The notes beneath the pieces were generated by a model. The model ran no database searches and was not told the DNA's origin. It saw only the letters and a list, made by a program, of their open reading frames with translations. Position numbers and translations under genes: made by a program. A DNA stretch of 53,747 bases, the filler included, from Trypethelium eluteriae (Eukaryota): the NCBI GenBank assembly GCA_051942245.1. It is 2 parts of 2 records of this genome, joined end to end, with 100 filler letters (N's around TTAATTAATTAA, not from the genome) between each part and the next. Parts side by side here need not be neighbours in the genome. Positions count along the whole stretch, not along the records: positions 1 to 26,847 come from JAVECL010000342.1; 1 more part is not named here. One strand, given 5' to 3'. Positions within the stretch are counted from its first letter, which is position 1. Each line of letters opens with the position of its first letter. Positions 1-10,828 of the stretch are shown here, piece after piece.

Positions 1-1
1 C

Positions 2-802
2 CGCTGCCTCCTCTCGCTGTACCTCGTCGCGCCGGGCGGCGCCACCCACCTCTACACCACCTACGTCGACCCTTTCCTGCGCGAGCACGAGCGCACCATC
101 GAGACCGCGATCGAAGAGGGCCATGAGCGCGCGCGGAGGGCGGGGCTCGAAGGCGCGAAGCGGGTGTGGGAGTGGGTGAGGGTGCAGGTGCTGGGGCAGG
201 CACCGAGCAGAAGACCGACGACGCCGCCGGGGCAGCAAAGGAGCCAGGCGTCGTATGCGCAGCAGTTGCTTGCGAGGTTCAGTCTGCCGTCGGCGGGCCC
301 TGGGTCGCCGGCGGCAGGGACGGGGCCGGGCGCGTCGGGTAGTAGTGGTGGAGGCGGCGATTTCTATAGTATGCTGGCGGGCGCGTTGCAGCAGGCGGTG
401 TCGATGGGAGGGAGTAGTGCGGCTGGGTCGGCGAAGGATCGGTCGGGCGATCTGGCGGATTCGGCGAACTTGGTGCCGCCTGATATGACGAGTCCGGAAG
501 ATCGCATGGGCTATATTACCGCGCAACGGGAGCGACTTAGGGTGCTGCTTCAGGCGTTTGATAAGGAGGCGTACAATATGAGCTCCGAGGAGGTGCAGAA
601 GGGAAAGGTACATCGACTTGCGAATGAGCGTGGGGAAGGGATGAGAAGCCGAGGTTCTGAAGCGGACTTTGAAAAGGTTAGCTGGGAGGAGGGACCAGAG
701 GATGTGCCGCTGCCGATGAGCCCAGGGGAGAAGGCCAGTGGGGGGTGGATGGGGTGGCTTTGGAGTTCCTCAGGTGAGAAGGAGAAGGGAAAGACGGAAT
801 AG
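2..802 (+). CDS. TB2/DP1/HVA22 (YOP1/REEP-like) family membrane protein, 5'-partial
   Basis: The frame is open from base 2 and reads RCLLSLYLVAPGGATHLYTTYVDPFLREHERTIETAIEEGHERARRAGL, the end of an HVA22 domain (GA..LY..YV.PFL..HE..I). It continues into the 164..802 ORF with a tail typical of fungal members (ERLRVLLQAFDKEA, GGWMGWLW). Confidence 0.8.
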   Translation, partial: RCLLSLYLVAPGGATHLYTTYVDPFLREHERTIETAIEEGHERARRAGLEGAKRVWEWVRVQVLGQAPSRRPTTPPGQQRSQASYAQQLLARFSLPSAGPGSPAAGTGPGASGSSGGGGDFYSMLAGALQQAVSMGGSSAAGSAKDRSGDLADSANLVPPDMTSPEDRMGYITAQRERLRVLLQAFDKEAYNMSSEEVQKGKVHRLANERGEGMRSRGSEADFEKVSWEEGPEDVPLPMSPGEKASGGWMGWLWSSSGEKEKGKTE

Positions 803-1024
803 GCTTTGCACAACGTGGCGTTGTATCAGCATTTTGGCATCAATGGCGCCTGTGATGGCTTACGAGCTGATAGACGACTTTTGGGAAGAGGTATCGGCGT
901 ATCAGGAAGCTTGTGTAATCGGTATGGCAAGACACATAAGGGCGGCGAGCATAAAGCCTTGAACATGTGGTATATTTTTGAGCTGGCTATTGAAGCCTCC
1001 AATTCGCCGAAGCCAATTTTACAT

Positions 1025-1820
1025 CTATACCGTTCGTCGGTCTGTCATAACACGTACAATACTTCCGGGTCCTGCAATTTCTACCAGCTGTAGCGGTCCC
1101 GAGTTAGCATCCGGAAATATAAAGCGACTCGGACCGTGAAACTCTCATTCGCAATTCCCTCTCCGTAAATAGGAATCGGCGACGTACCTTCTCATGCCAG
1201 CTCAGCAGTACACTCATAGCCTGTCCACCACCTTCGCCGCCTCCTCGTGCTTGTATTTGTGAAAAGCCCGTCGGTTGAGGAGAGAGGTTTTTTGAAGACG
1301 AAGGTTGTTTTGAAGACATACCTTTGTATCTAGAGACACGATTATGGTCAACATACTGGATCAGAACTTGAGATCGACGTGCTCTGGCAGGACTAACAAA
1401 TATTTCATGAGGACATCCAGGAGTTCACTTCCACCCTCCGACTGATATATTCGTTGGAGCATTGGCGACATGTCAGATTGCCGTATTGATTGTAAGATTT
1501 CGGTGACTGTGGCCAGATGCACTTCCTAGTACCATTCCGTATGATTAGCTGCCTGATATTCTTGCGCAGAGCTTGTACAAGGTACACCCACACACCTTCC
1601 CTTGTTGATCCGCGCCGTAAGGCACGTTTTCTAACGCTCCTCTAAGAGCACCCTCAGTATCCCCTCCTCTTAAGAGCTGCCGTACTTGCCCTGCCAAGGT
1701 CTGTACATCTGCAGTCAATACAGGAACAACATCAGGCGCTAAGGAGGAGAGGTCAAAGTTCGCGGCAGAATCTGGATCGAGGGCGTCAATGTCAATGGTC
1801 CGGTAATTGATCGTAGCCAT
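1025..1820 (-). CDS. ARC15: Arp2/3 complex 16 kDa subunit (ARPC5/p16-Arc), 4 exons
   Basis: Spliced translation: MATINYRTIDIDALDP...LLRGGDTEGALRGALENVPYG / EVHLATVTEILQSIRQSDMSPML...LDVLMKYL / YKGM...MSVLLSWHEK / LVEIAGPGSIVRVMTDRRTV*. Three GT-AG introns; TAG at 1025-1027. Confidence 0.95.
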
Positions 1821-2122
1821 GGCGAGAATGTTTCATGAACCTGGAAAGCTGGGGGATTGGGTGGACGTGGGCTTGTTTGTGCGGGAGAGCTGATTTTAGT
1901 GTTGCGTTTCGCTGATGGACCCTGGCCGTCGATCTTCTTAATGACGCGCGCGAGAAGGTGAACAATCAACAATCTTCACTTCCCGTTTTCTCATGTTTAC
2001 GGAAGCCGCCATACGGCTCAAAATAATTTGTGGAAGTGAAGCTGAGATGACGCGTATGGCTAGATTTTTGTTCAATACCAGGCAAAGATCGCAAAGAAAC
2101 ACCCCAAACAATCGTCGCCCAT

Positions 2123-5110
2123 ATGGTTGACAGCCGCTCTCACTTTGCGAACGTTAAAGCGACAGGTACACAACGCGCCATGGACGCGCAGGCCGATGAT
2201 GATACTCAGCGTACGGCGTCAGCAGATTCCCTGACATCTGGCCTAACATCCTTAGAGAATGAAACAGATGAATTCGGGAAGAGGTTACTACAACATGCGA
2301 AAGATAAGAACCGGCTGAATGACACGCTCAAGAATAACCAGCCATTCAAAAAAGCTAGACCTAATACCAGGGTCGCACTGACTTTGGAGAACTTGGAACG
2401 CAATCATAGCGATAATACAACGCCACGAGCCAACGCACCTCTCGCGAACGGTCACAGAAGGAGTGGGAGCTCAGCAAGCAGCCGGCAGAGTGACCCCCCA
2501 GTTAATATACCACGAGAATGGGGCAGGAAAGGAAAACAAGGGACTGGGTGGATGAATCGCATCAAGACTGCAGACGAGCTGGTGGAAAGTGAAGACTGGC
2601 ACCATGGAGACACCATCTACCCATACAAAACCACATTTACTGGAGACGATAGCCCAAGGAGTGTGGATTGGACGGCGCCAGCAGACGTACCAATACCATC
2701 CATCGAAGATTCTTCACCAATAGCGCATTCACGAAGGCACAGCCTCAGTCCCGCAGCGATACGGCACCGAACTGCGTCGTTAGAGAGAAAACGAGAATGG
2801 GAGATGAGTGATGATTTCACAGTGGGATCGCTCCTTACGTCTACGCCTGCAGTACCCGCAAGAAGTAAGGCTTTGGATGAGGTACGGCAGCGCGAAATCG
2901 AGAATCTGACTCGACGAGCTGTGGCTTCGAGTCGGCTGGATAAAATAAGAGAGCAATCACCTGAGACCATGAGGCGTCCTTCTACTGCCAAATCATTTCC
3001 GGAGAATGAAGCGGCCGACGTAACTTCCCGAGCAGAAGACTTTAGCATGGCTACGGTACACGGCCACTCTGACAAGGGAACGCGGTCATCTCAAGCAAAT
3101 TTGGGGACGGCAGCCAGCATACCAGCTGCGAAGGATCTTCGAAATCGACACAGTAATGAAAGTATTCGATCAGCACGATATACCACTCCACCATCCACAA
3201 AGCTAGCAGAAAGAGTCTCGCAGCTTACTAAAGAAGCACAGAATCAAAGACCGAGTCCACAGAGGCACGAGTCAAGAGATCAATTATCCACGCAGCTAGC
3301 TGAGAGCTTCTCGAAGATCAAGCAAGAAGGTCACCAGAAAAGACCAGAACATGAAAGAAGTGATTCCAGAGAACTACTTCGCCAACTTGCCCGAGTGACA
3401 AGCGTTAGTCCAAGTCCAGGCAAGAATGCATATCCACCCGCGCAGAAATCTGGAGAAGGGAGTAGGGCGTCCCCGCTATCTAAGGATGAGAGCAATGTGA
3501 CTCAGGAGGAAGCAGTAGACAATCAGCCTGCTATTGAAGACCTAAATGAATCTCTTCCGAATGGTATTGTCGATGGCGGTCGGGAGCAACATCATCCTAT
3601 TGATCCGAATTCCCTTCGCCAAGCCGACACAACAACAATAGCAAAGACTCCACGCGTGACCGGCGCTTGGATCGACACCCCTGGCACATATAAGCCACCA
3701 CGGAACATTCTCCCTTCATGGACTTCCTCACTCGTGCCTCGTAATATCTTTCTCTCCAAGACTGAACCTGAACCTCAAACTACCCCACAAGATCTTCCCG
3801 CCTCTGACCGACGACATATCGAGCAAGAAGAACATCAACAGCAATCGCGACGTCGTCTTCCATCTTCTGCTCTGGCAGCGATTCTCGAGGACGCGCGCAA
3901 CATGTCTGAAGAACGAAACCCCTCTAATTCTGCTTCCGAACCTGCTCTTCCTGCTCCCACGAGCGACCCTCACGTCGAACCCCCTGCACGTCTTCCACCA
4001 AAATCGGAGGCGGATACTCTTGGTGACTCCACAATCGGGTCCCTCGAAGACATCGTGGATCCGAACCTCGATTATACCGACACACTCGACCTCCCCGAGG
4101 CGATTGACATTGAACTACGCCTCCTCCAACACATTCAATCTGAACGCCAACTCACGCAGGCCGAGCGCGATCGCCGGCAAGAGATCCTTACGCTTCAAGC
4201 TATGAATGCCAATCTGCGGAAGGCGAGAACAAGCATCAAAGACGTTAAGCGCAGCATCAATCGCGTCGAACGGCATGTCGAAAGTACCGAAACGCAGACA
4301 CCACCACCATACATGCATCCAGCATACATGCAACGATACCCATATCCCATTACCTTTCCCGGTTCCACCAATTTCTCGCTTCACACCTCAGGCATCTGTG
4401 AAAAATGCACTGTTACATATCCCCACATCCATAGCCTACCTGTCTGGCTACAGCTCTGGAATGAATTCTCCGCCTTCTTCTGGACAAACATCTGCTCTCT
4501 CTTCTGGACCTTGGCTCCTGCTCCCAGCTCCCCTCATCTCCCTCCTCGCTCCACCCTCACTAATCCATTCCCCACCGTCCGTCTCACAATGCTCTCTCGT
4601 ATCCTCCTCGCTCTTCTTATCTGGTTCATCCTCGAGTCCATTGTATCCCTCTTCGCTTCACACATCTATTACCTCTTTGCGGATCTTCCACCTCCAGGAA
4701 CCGTTTACGACGATCGAATCCCTATCTTTCCCTACGCTATACCCACACTATTGTTTAATCCGCTGTATTACGCCTTTCTCGAACCATGGGAGAATATTTG
4801 GGCGCCGCCATTCTACGCTGTGTATGACTGGCTTGACTGGTGGACGAGAGCGGTTGGCGGCGAGGTGGAGTGGTGGTCCCGCAATAATGTCACAGGATGG
4901 GGTTATGGGATGGGGGCAATGGCGTACAAGAGGTATCGGATGTGGGAGAGGGGGCAGCGCTGGGGATGGGACGAAGCACTAATTGCCCAGAGGAAAGTCG
5001 GGGAGGCCCTCAGAAGGGCGAAAGAGGCTGGTGCGGCTGCGGCCGTGACAGTAGCAAGGATGGCAGATGACGAGGTGGTCAAATCCACCCCCGGCCGGGG
5101 ATGGTTATAA
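2123..5110 (+). CDS. Uncharacterised 995-aa protein: long S/P/R-rich disordered region, coiled coil, C-terminal transmembrane segment(s)
   Basis: Single long ORF with a good ATG. Coiled-coil-like segment LQAMNANLRKARTSIKDVKRSINRVERHVE and hydrophobic ILLALLIWFILESIVSLFASHIYY. Divergent from ARC15 by about 300 bp. Confidence 0.8.
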   Translation: MVDSRSHFANVKATGTQRAMDAQADDDTQRTASADSLTSGLTSLENETDEFGKRLLQHAKDKNRLNDTLKNNQPFKKARPNTRVALTLENLERNHSDNTTPRANAPLANGHRRSGSSASSRQSDPPVNIPREWGRKGKQGTGWMNRIKTADELVESEDWHHGDTIYPYKTTFTGDDSPRSVDWTAPADVPIPSIEDSSPIAHSRRHSLSPAAIRHRTASLERKREWEMSDDFTVGSLLTSTPAVPARSKALDEVRQREIENLTRRAVASSRLDKIREQSPETMRRPSTAKSFPENEAADVTSRAEDFSMATVHGHSDKGTRSSQANLGTAASIPAAKDLRNRHSNESIRSARYTTPPSTKLAERVSQLTKEAQNQRPSPQRHESRDQLSTQLAESFSKIKQEGHQKRPEHERSDSRELLRQLARVTSVSPSPGKNAYPPAQKSGEGSRASPLSKDESNVTQEEAVDNQPAIEDLNESLPNGIVDGGREQHHPIDPNSLRQADTTTIAKTPRVTGAWIDTPGTYKPPRNILPSWTSSLVPRNIFLSKTEPEPQTTPQDLPASDRRHIEQEEHQQQSRRRLPSSALAAILEDARNMSEERNPSNSASEPALPAPTSDPHVEPPARLPPKSEADTLGDSTIGSLEDIVDPNLDYTDTLDLPEAIDIELRLLQHIQSERQLTQAERDRRQEILTLQAMNANLRKARTSIKDVKRSINRVERHVESTETQTPPPYMHPAYMQRYPYPITFPGSTNFSLHTSGICEKCTVTYPHIHSLPVWLQLWNEFSAFFWTNICSLFWTLAPAPSSPHLPPRSTLTNPFPTVRLTMLSRILLALLIWFILESIVSLFASHIYYLFADLPPPGTVYDDRIPIFPYAIPTLLFNPLYYAFLEPWENIWAPPFYAVYDWLDWWTRAVGGEVEWWSRNNVTGWGYGMGAMAYKRYRMWERGQRWGWDEALIAQRKVGEALRRAKEAGAAAAVTVARMADDEVVKSTPGRGWL

Positions 5111-5587
5111 TCCGGCTGGGGGGCGCCTGGATGTTGTTTCGGGGATCCAGTGAGCATGAACGTTATTATGAAACATTTGTCAATAGTGAAGAAATACCCA
5201 CGTTCAATTGGAAAATACGAATCGAGCTTCAAGTGCCTAATATTCTGCTGGGGCTACCTCCAAAGTAAGATGACAGTCGTTCCAAAGCTGGTTCTTCAAA
5301 CGATACTGCTCTCCAGAAAGGGACTATGCCAATATTACTCTTATGAGTCAGACCAATCCTGATGCTCCACCGCGGTCACGTAAAGGGGAGAGCTTCAATG
5401 AACAACGTACATGAATCCTCTTGCTGCACTAATTCAGTACTATGATACAATTTTATGAATGAGCCAGTGCAATCCATATTCGCCAGCATGATAGCAAATG
5501 AGCTGTCAGCTATCAAAGTACCCTCCATGCAATTTAGCCTCCAGACCCACCCCAATCAGTATTCCACCGAGCCTATCGTCCGACCCA

Positions 5588-6266
5588 TCACTTCGATTCC
5601 TTGTCCCCAGCGTGTCCTACATCTCAAAATGTTAGCTTCTAGTCATAATCCAGGAGTTTCTCAATCCTCACCCGTCCAAAACCCCTTCCCCACCCTCTCC
5701 TTCTCCGGATCCGCCTCCGTCACCCTCGCATGCGCCTTATCGTGCCGCCGCTCAAACTCCTCATTATGCCTCCTCACCTCCTCCGACGTCTCTCCACCCG
5801 CCGGCGCCGCGTCCTTCAGAATCTTCGGCTGCGCCCCCTGATTCGTCTTCGAGCGCAGCGCGTCATCCTTACCCACCCTCGTGCTCGTCGAGAACTGCCT
5901 CTTGCCACCCTCCGACCCTGAGCCTGGTTTCTGCGAGCTGCTGCTGCCGCTGGAAGAGGGGGCAGAAGGCGACTCGGACACGTTGTGCCCCTCGGCGGTG
6001 CCTTTCGTGGGTGTGCTTCCGCTCCCCTGGCCGGCTTTGGGGGGAGGAGGCCCCGGGTGCTCTTTGTCGGCCGATGGATTCGGGCCTTGGGATTGCGGGT
6101 TCTCGCCGCGGGGGTCGCCGCTGCCAGAGCCGTAGTCGCCGGTAGCGAGCAGAGGAGCGCGGTGGGAGAAGGGGCGAAGGGCAGGAGCCGCCCGTTTGGA
6201 GGTGGTGGTGATGGGGAGGGCGTGGGCGTTGAGGATGGGAAAGCGGAGATTGCGTGGGAGAGGCAT
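5588..6266 (-). CDS. Hypothetical low-complexity protein with probable mitochondrial presequence, 2 exons
   Basis: Arg-rich, acid-free N-terminus (MPLPRNLRFP...RPFSHRAP), then DYGSGSGDPRGENP and EVRRHNEEFERR. Intron GTGAGG...GCTAAC...TAG, then last exon GHAGDKESK*. Confidence 0.75.
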
Positions 6267-6436
6267 TTTGGAGTGGAGCGAGCTTGTTCTGATGAAAGAA
6301 AAGGATGCAATCGGATTTGGGAGACCGAAGTAGAAAATTGAATTCTTGTTGGTCGAGTTCTAGAGTGGAATAAATCTGAGAAAGCTAAGACGAAGCTTTA
6401 AGAGCTCGATGGTGAGCTCACTGAGCTTCGGATCTG

Positions 6437-6448
6437 AGTGACGTCACT
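6437..6448. promoter_or_regulatory. Palindromic ATF/CREB-type site AGTGACGTCACT
   Basis: Perfect 12-bp palindrome containing the TGACGTCA consensus, about 170 bp upstream of the ATG at 6266. Function is inferred only. Confidence 0.35.
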
Positions 6449-7308
6449 GGACGATCTTAGTTCGATGCGATGCCTAGCATTGTTTAGGTATCCAAAGAAG
6501 TTGTGCAGCAATTCAGAGATAACTCGATTTGTAACACCATTAAACGAATCAATCAAGACCGACTAGTCTCATAAAACCATTAGAAGCGAAGCTGTCTTCA
6601 CTACAGGATCAATTCCCTCCAAGGCTCAATGAAGCTCGCAAAGATCTAGATTCTGGAACGTTTTGTCACATATTGTGACGTAGTCAATTAGTACCACAAT
6701 GTTCGTTCCTTTTGGTTCAACACGTTTCGTTATACGTTCACGCTTCACTGCGTCCTTCACGGGATCAATGTGTTCTCTCCATCGAAAGACTTGGTCTCTC
6801 AAATATCATCAAAGTTGCTCAGTCAGATGTAAGTAGTATTAAGAAATTGTTGAAGTAACTCTTGCAGCAAGAGTGAAGAATCTCAGGGACTGTTGAAGTA
6901 GATACTCCAATGGTTGTCAGGTTCGGCTGCAGGGGTAAGGTATCTTTTGCGTGGTCAATATATCGAACTTGGTTCAATCTGTCCCAGATCTGAATGTTTT
7001 ATTAAGAATGCCTTCTATCTAAGAATATCTGATCTTGCTTTGGCTGATCCAGGCGTATCTGATGTGAATGACCGAAGGCTGACCTGCATGCTCGCGTAGC
7101 CAGGGGGTATCTGCATGTTCATGACGCACATCCTAGCATTGGTCGAGCTATTGCAGTGGGGTCAGCCTTGCATACTGTCGGTCTCATGAAGGTTCTTACT
7201 CGACGTCGCCGCGAGCTTTGCCAGAACAATACCTCCATCTGAGTTGGGCCAACATCTGGACACGAAACCAAAGTGATTCAAACGCACAGACATCTGAACA
7301 ATACAACA

Positions 7309-9813
7309 ATGGAAAGATCTCTTGTGCCAGGTAGCTCAGGCTCATCGAACTCTAGGGCCTTCACTCAGACTGGTACGGTTAACTGGGTTGATTTATCTTC
7401 CAAGGCCATCTCATTTACCATAGGAGCCCTAACTCGCTTTTCTAAAGCTGATGTAGATGTCGCTATGATTGGTGTGTGCAGAATCATATGCCGCCACTTC
7501 GTCATGCCTATTAAGAAAAAGGAAATGGTGCTTCAAAGGATCTCTAATTTGCCGCAAGTCTCTTTATATGGCAACGTCGCGCGCATTGGATTTGGATTAC
7601 GACATGTCCTAGAGGACCTAGTCGACACAGACGAAGGATTGACTGGAGTTGCACTTTGTGGATGTCTGACAGCGTCATACAGCCCCTTCTATGCTGCACA
7701 TGTTTTGAGGTCTCTCTGCTTTTCTCAAAACATTCCAGACGAAATGCTTTCTGGCACCAAGAGATGGATATCTATGTTCGATGTATGTTCGGGCATTTTT
7801 CAAGACACAGAGTTCTACCACCAGGTGGAAGGTCTTTCGCGCCTATTGGTTCCTAGAACCAAGGTCGGTATTCTAGTGCACGAGGCCACCGAGCACAAAG
7901 CCTTAGCTTCTGCTTTAGTGGAACTGGCAAGGATTTCCACTGGCGATTTAGAAAGCTGCACTTTTACGGGCGGACTGGACTGTGCCTGGCTTGGAGCTGT
8001 TGCAGAATTCCTCTTTGACATTGCTGTCTCCGTTGTGACGGTAGCTAATGTTGTATGTTATGAGTCTAAAGCTGGCAGCCGCCTTCAAAATGGTGACTGT
8101 AAGATAATTCTAATACCGCCAGAAAGAGGAACAACAAGAATGGCACTGACAAAGAGGGTCTTTCATGTCCCTAGTGGGGAAGCTATAATTCGCGAATCTT
8201 CGACCTCGGTCTTCACTAGACGCTCACATTGGGATGTTGTATTTGAAGATGCTTATGGAGATGCTGCTGAAAGTCTCCTTCGAGGCAACTCATCTGAACA
8301 CTTTACAACGTTGTTTCTCTACAGCGCCCAAATGCCAGCTCCGTTATCTGATGCCGATCCCCATAGCGAACAATACGACTGGCCGTATTCCCACAATGGT
8401 ATTAAGGCGCGCCGAGGCGATGAGCTCTTGGATTTTGCACGTTGGCGTTTCCCTGAGCTGAAATCTTGTCTAAATACCATTGGGAAACAAAAGTCCCGCG
8501 TTGTTACAGAAGATACTGCCCGAGATTGTTTGCAAGCAATATCCAACGAATGTACTTGCGTTAATTGCGGTGACCCACGCCCACCGGAAGTAATACCTGT
8601 GTATGATAAGACTTGTCTGAGGGATATCTCTAAAGCAATCCTACAGCTGGTCCATCTATTGTCCGTGACAGAGACACACAATTCAATGCCTACGCCGGAC
8701 GGCGTACGCAGTATATGTTTACTTAAAGAACGTCCGCGCCAACATGATATGTGGCCCCAGGACTTTAAACCTCTTCTTTCCGACATAATTCGAATTTTTA
8801 GCAGCGTCGGTGAGCACCGCCTGTTCATGAATAGCGATCTTGCGGTTTCAAATGAGGGAATTTGTTGTTTCTACGAGATCCTAGTGAATCTAAGGAGCGT
8901 CCCTGGGGCTGTCAGCAAAGTCCACGTAATTCCCGGCCATATCGAATACAAAGGAAGCAAGTTTGATGCTGTTAGAGACATGAGATTGACAAAAGTTACA
9001 TTTGATCACTTTTCTATTCCGGCCCGGAGGAAGTTCAACCTACTGTTGTCGGAGACGCCAGATTCTACAAAATTAGAAGCAGTATATGCAACAACTTCCG
9101 AAAGCCCCGGCCCAAGCTGCAGATTCTCGATCATCCAGCTGATTAGGCGGTTAACTCGCCGAGGTCCCGAATATGCTGTATCATGTAAACCACCGTTCAT
9201 CCTCGTCCAAATTGTTCGTAGAGATGACCTTCAGAATAAGTACCGAGCCCTCCGCCAGACAAATTGGAATTTCGAGCCCAGTACTTCACTGCGATCCGAT
9301 GGAAAGAAAATGTGTAACTGTCGAGACGGTGCTTCTCAAGATGCTCTATATTCGCTATTCCTTTTAAATGAAGGCATTCAAGATGAAACAGGGCTCTACG
9401 ATTTAAAAATCCAAAAGACATCGGTCGATCTCTGGTCCAACGGTCAAACAAGCATTGAACACCTATACGCCGAGTTAGCAAAGCCTTATGGAGTGCTGAA
9501 TGAGCGCTTATACTTCGCGATTGCCAAAATCTGCGATTGCATTGACTGTATTATAGCGTACGTATTCCGAAATTGGTATTGGATACGAGGGCAGTTAGGG
9601 CAATTTGCATCACCCTGGACCATCGATGGAGTCGTTCAAGTACATCATCTGCAAGGCAATATGCAAGAGGTCGAATTCCATGTTTCCAGACTTGAAGGCT
9701 ACGAAAAGGAGTGTCCCATAGAAATGCCGTTTCCAGAGCTTCCTATTTGGAGGGGGTCGTACTGTCATGGCTCTAGACCGAGGACTCCTGGTGGAGCATG
9801 GGACATGGAGTAG
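7309..9813 (+). CDS. Uncharacterised intronless ~834-aa fungal protein with Cys clusters
   Basis: Long uninterrupted ORF with first ATG at 7309 (ACAATGG context). Motifs GTVNWVDLS, GFGLRHVL, VALCGCL, GLDCAWLGAVAEFLF, ECTCVNC, CDCIDC. Confidence 0.75.
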   Translation: MERSLVPGSSGSSNSRAFTQTGTVNWVDLSSKAISFTIGALTRFSKADVDVAMIGVCRIICRHFVMPIKKKEMVLQRISNLPQVSLYGNVARIGFGLRHVLEDLVDTDEGLTGVALCGCLTASYSPFYAAHVLRSLCFSQNIPDEMLSGTKRWISMFDVCSGIFQDTEFYHQVEGLSRLLVPRTKVGILVHEATEHKALASALVELARISTGDLESCTFTGGLDCAWLGAVAEFLFDIAVSVVTVANVVCYESKAGSRLQNGDCKIILIPPERGTTRMALTKRVFHVPSGEAIIRESSTSVFTRRSHWDVVFEDAYGDAAESLLRGNSSEHFTTLFLYSAQMPAPLSDADPHSEQYDWPYSHNGIKARRGDELLDFARWRFPELKSCLNTIGKQKSRVVTEDTARDCLQAISNECTCVNCGDPRPPEVIPVYDKTCLRDISKAILQLVHLLSVTETHNSMPTPDGVRSICLLKERPRQHDMWPQDFKPLLSDIIRIFSSVGEHRLFMNSDLAVSNEGICCFYEILVNLRSVPGAVSKVHVIPGHIEYKGSKFDAVRDMRLTKVTFDHFSIPARRKFNLLLSETPDSTKLEAVYATTSESPGPSCRFSIIQLIRRLTRRGPEYAVSCKPPFILVQIVRRDDLQNKYRALRQTNWNFEPSTSLRSDGKKMCNCRDGASQDALYSLFLLNEGIQDETGLYDLKIQKTSVDLWSNGQTSIEHLYAELAKPYGVLNERLYFAIAKICDCIDCIIAYVFRNWYWIRGQLGQFASPWTIDGVVQVHHLQGNMQEVEFHVSRLEGYEKECPIEMPFPELPIWRGSYCHGSRPRTPGGAWDME

Positions 9814-10828
9814 GCAGGTATGTAGGAGGTAGGGAACACGGAGGGGGTCATGGGATGAGCAGGACCACGTGTATACAAAGGACTTGGCAAAGCGCACGAT
9901 GTAGATTTAGAAACCTTCGTGCTTAGATTTTCGTTCGCTTCGATATAGAGCTATTCAGCTTTATTGGCGTCCCTGACACGTATATAAAGTTTGGTAGGTT
10001 TTATTTGAGGCTAGCTCGAAGTAACTTTAATGCGTTCAAATAAGAACGATATTTAGATACAGGCTTGAGAAAACCATGTAAGGCACTTCTAGACAAAAGT
10101 CGGACTTAATGAGAGAAATAAAACTGGGACGTATAGTGGATGAAGTGGCCAGTTGCTGAAGACGTAATATGACAATACGCAGAGGCATTCAACTCTACAG
10201 GTCCATGGCGGATATGATTTACATCCAAAAGGGACTATTTGGTTCACCTTGCGATGCAAAATCCATTCGATGAGGTACATACTAAAGCTTTTGATGCGGT
10301 GTTTTTGCATCTCGCGTTCTTTTCGATTCTCTCATAATACTATGTGCTGAGAAAATGTGTCCCCGTTTCGGGTCAACTCACTGCTAGTTCAAACTCCCGG
10401 TTCTTTGGTAAAATGCAATCAAGCCCGAATCTTCTTCCGCCAAAAGCTAAGTCGTCAAGCAATCTTGTTAGGCCCCGTTGTAGTAGAACAGCTTTTTGTA
10501 GACCAAATATCGCAGAGAAAGTAATTATTCTAAGAAACTGTGATCGTCGTAGCGAGGATACTCAGAATAAAAATAGCCATCACAGCAAGAACTGATATCT
10601 ATAAAATTCTCAGTATGATCTTCAAAGCGAGGTTAGCTGAAACTATGAAAGTGTGACAGCGAGGGCGCTAGAAATTCAAAGCCCTGCAGTTCACAAAGTG
10701 CGGAATAGCCTAGGCCATCAGAGCGCCAACCGTATAACATGGCGTTAAAGAGCGGTCAGGTAAAAGTGTTGTAGTAGGTTGCATTTGGTGCCATCTCAAA
10801 TGAGCCTGACGACAGCCCATCATGAGTC

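Noticed and set aside
4206..4982. 258-aa overlapping ORF and the many other alternative-frame or antisense ORFs in the track
   Set aside because: Shadow frames of real GC-biased genes, Ser/Pro-rich and without independent signals.
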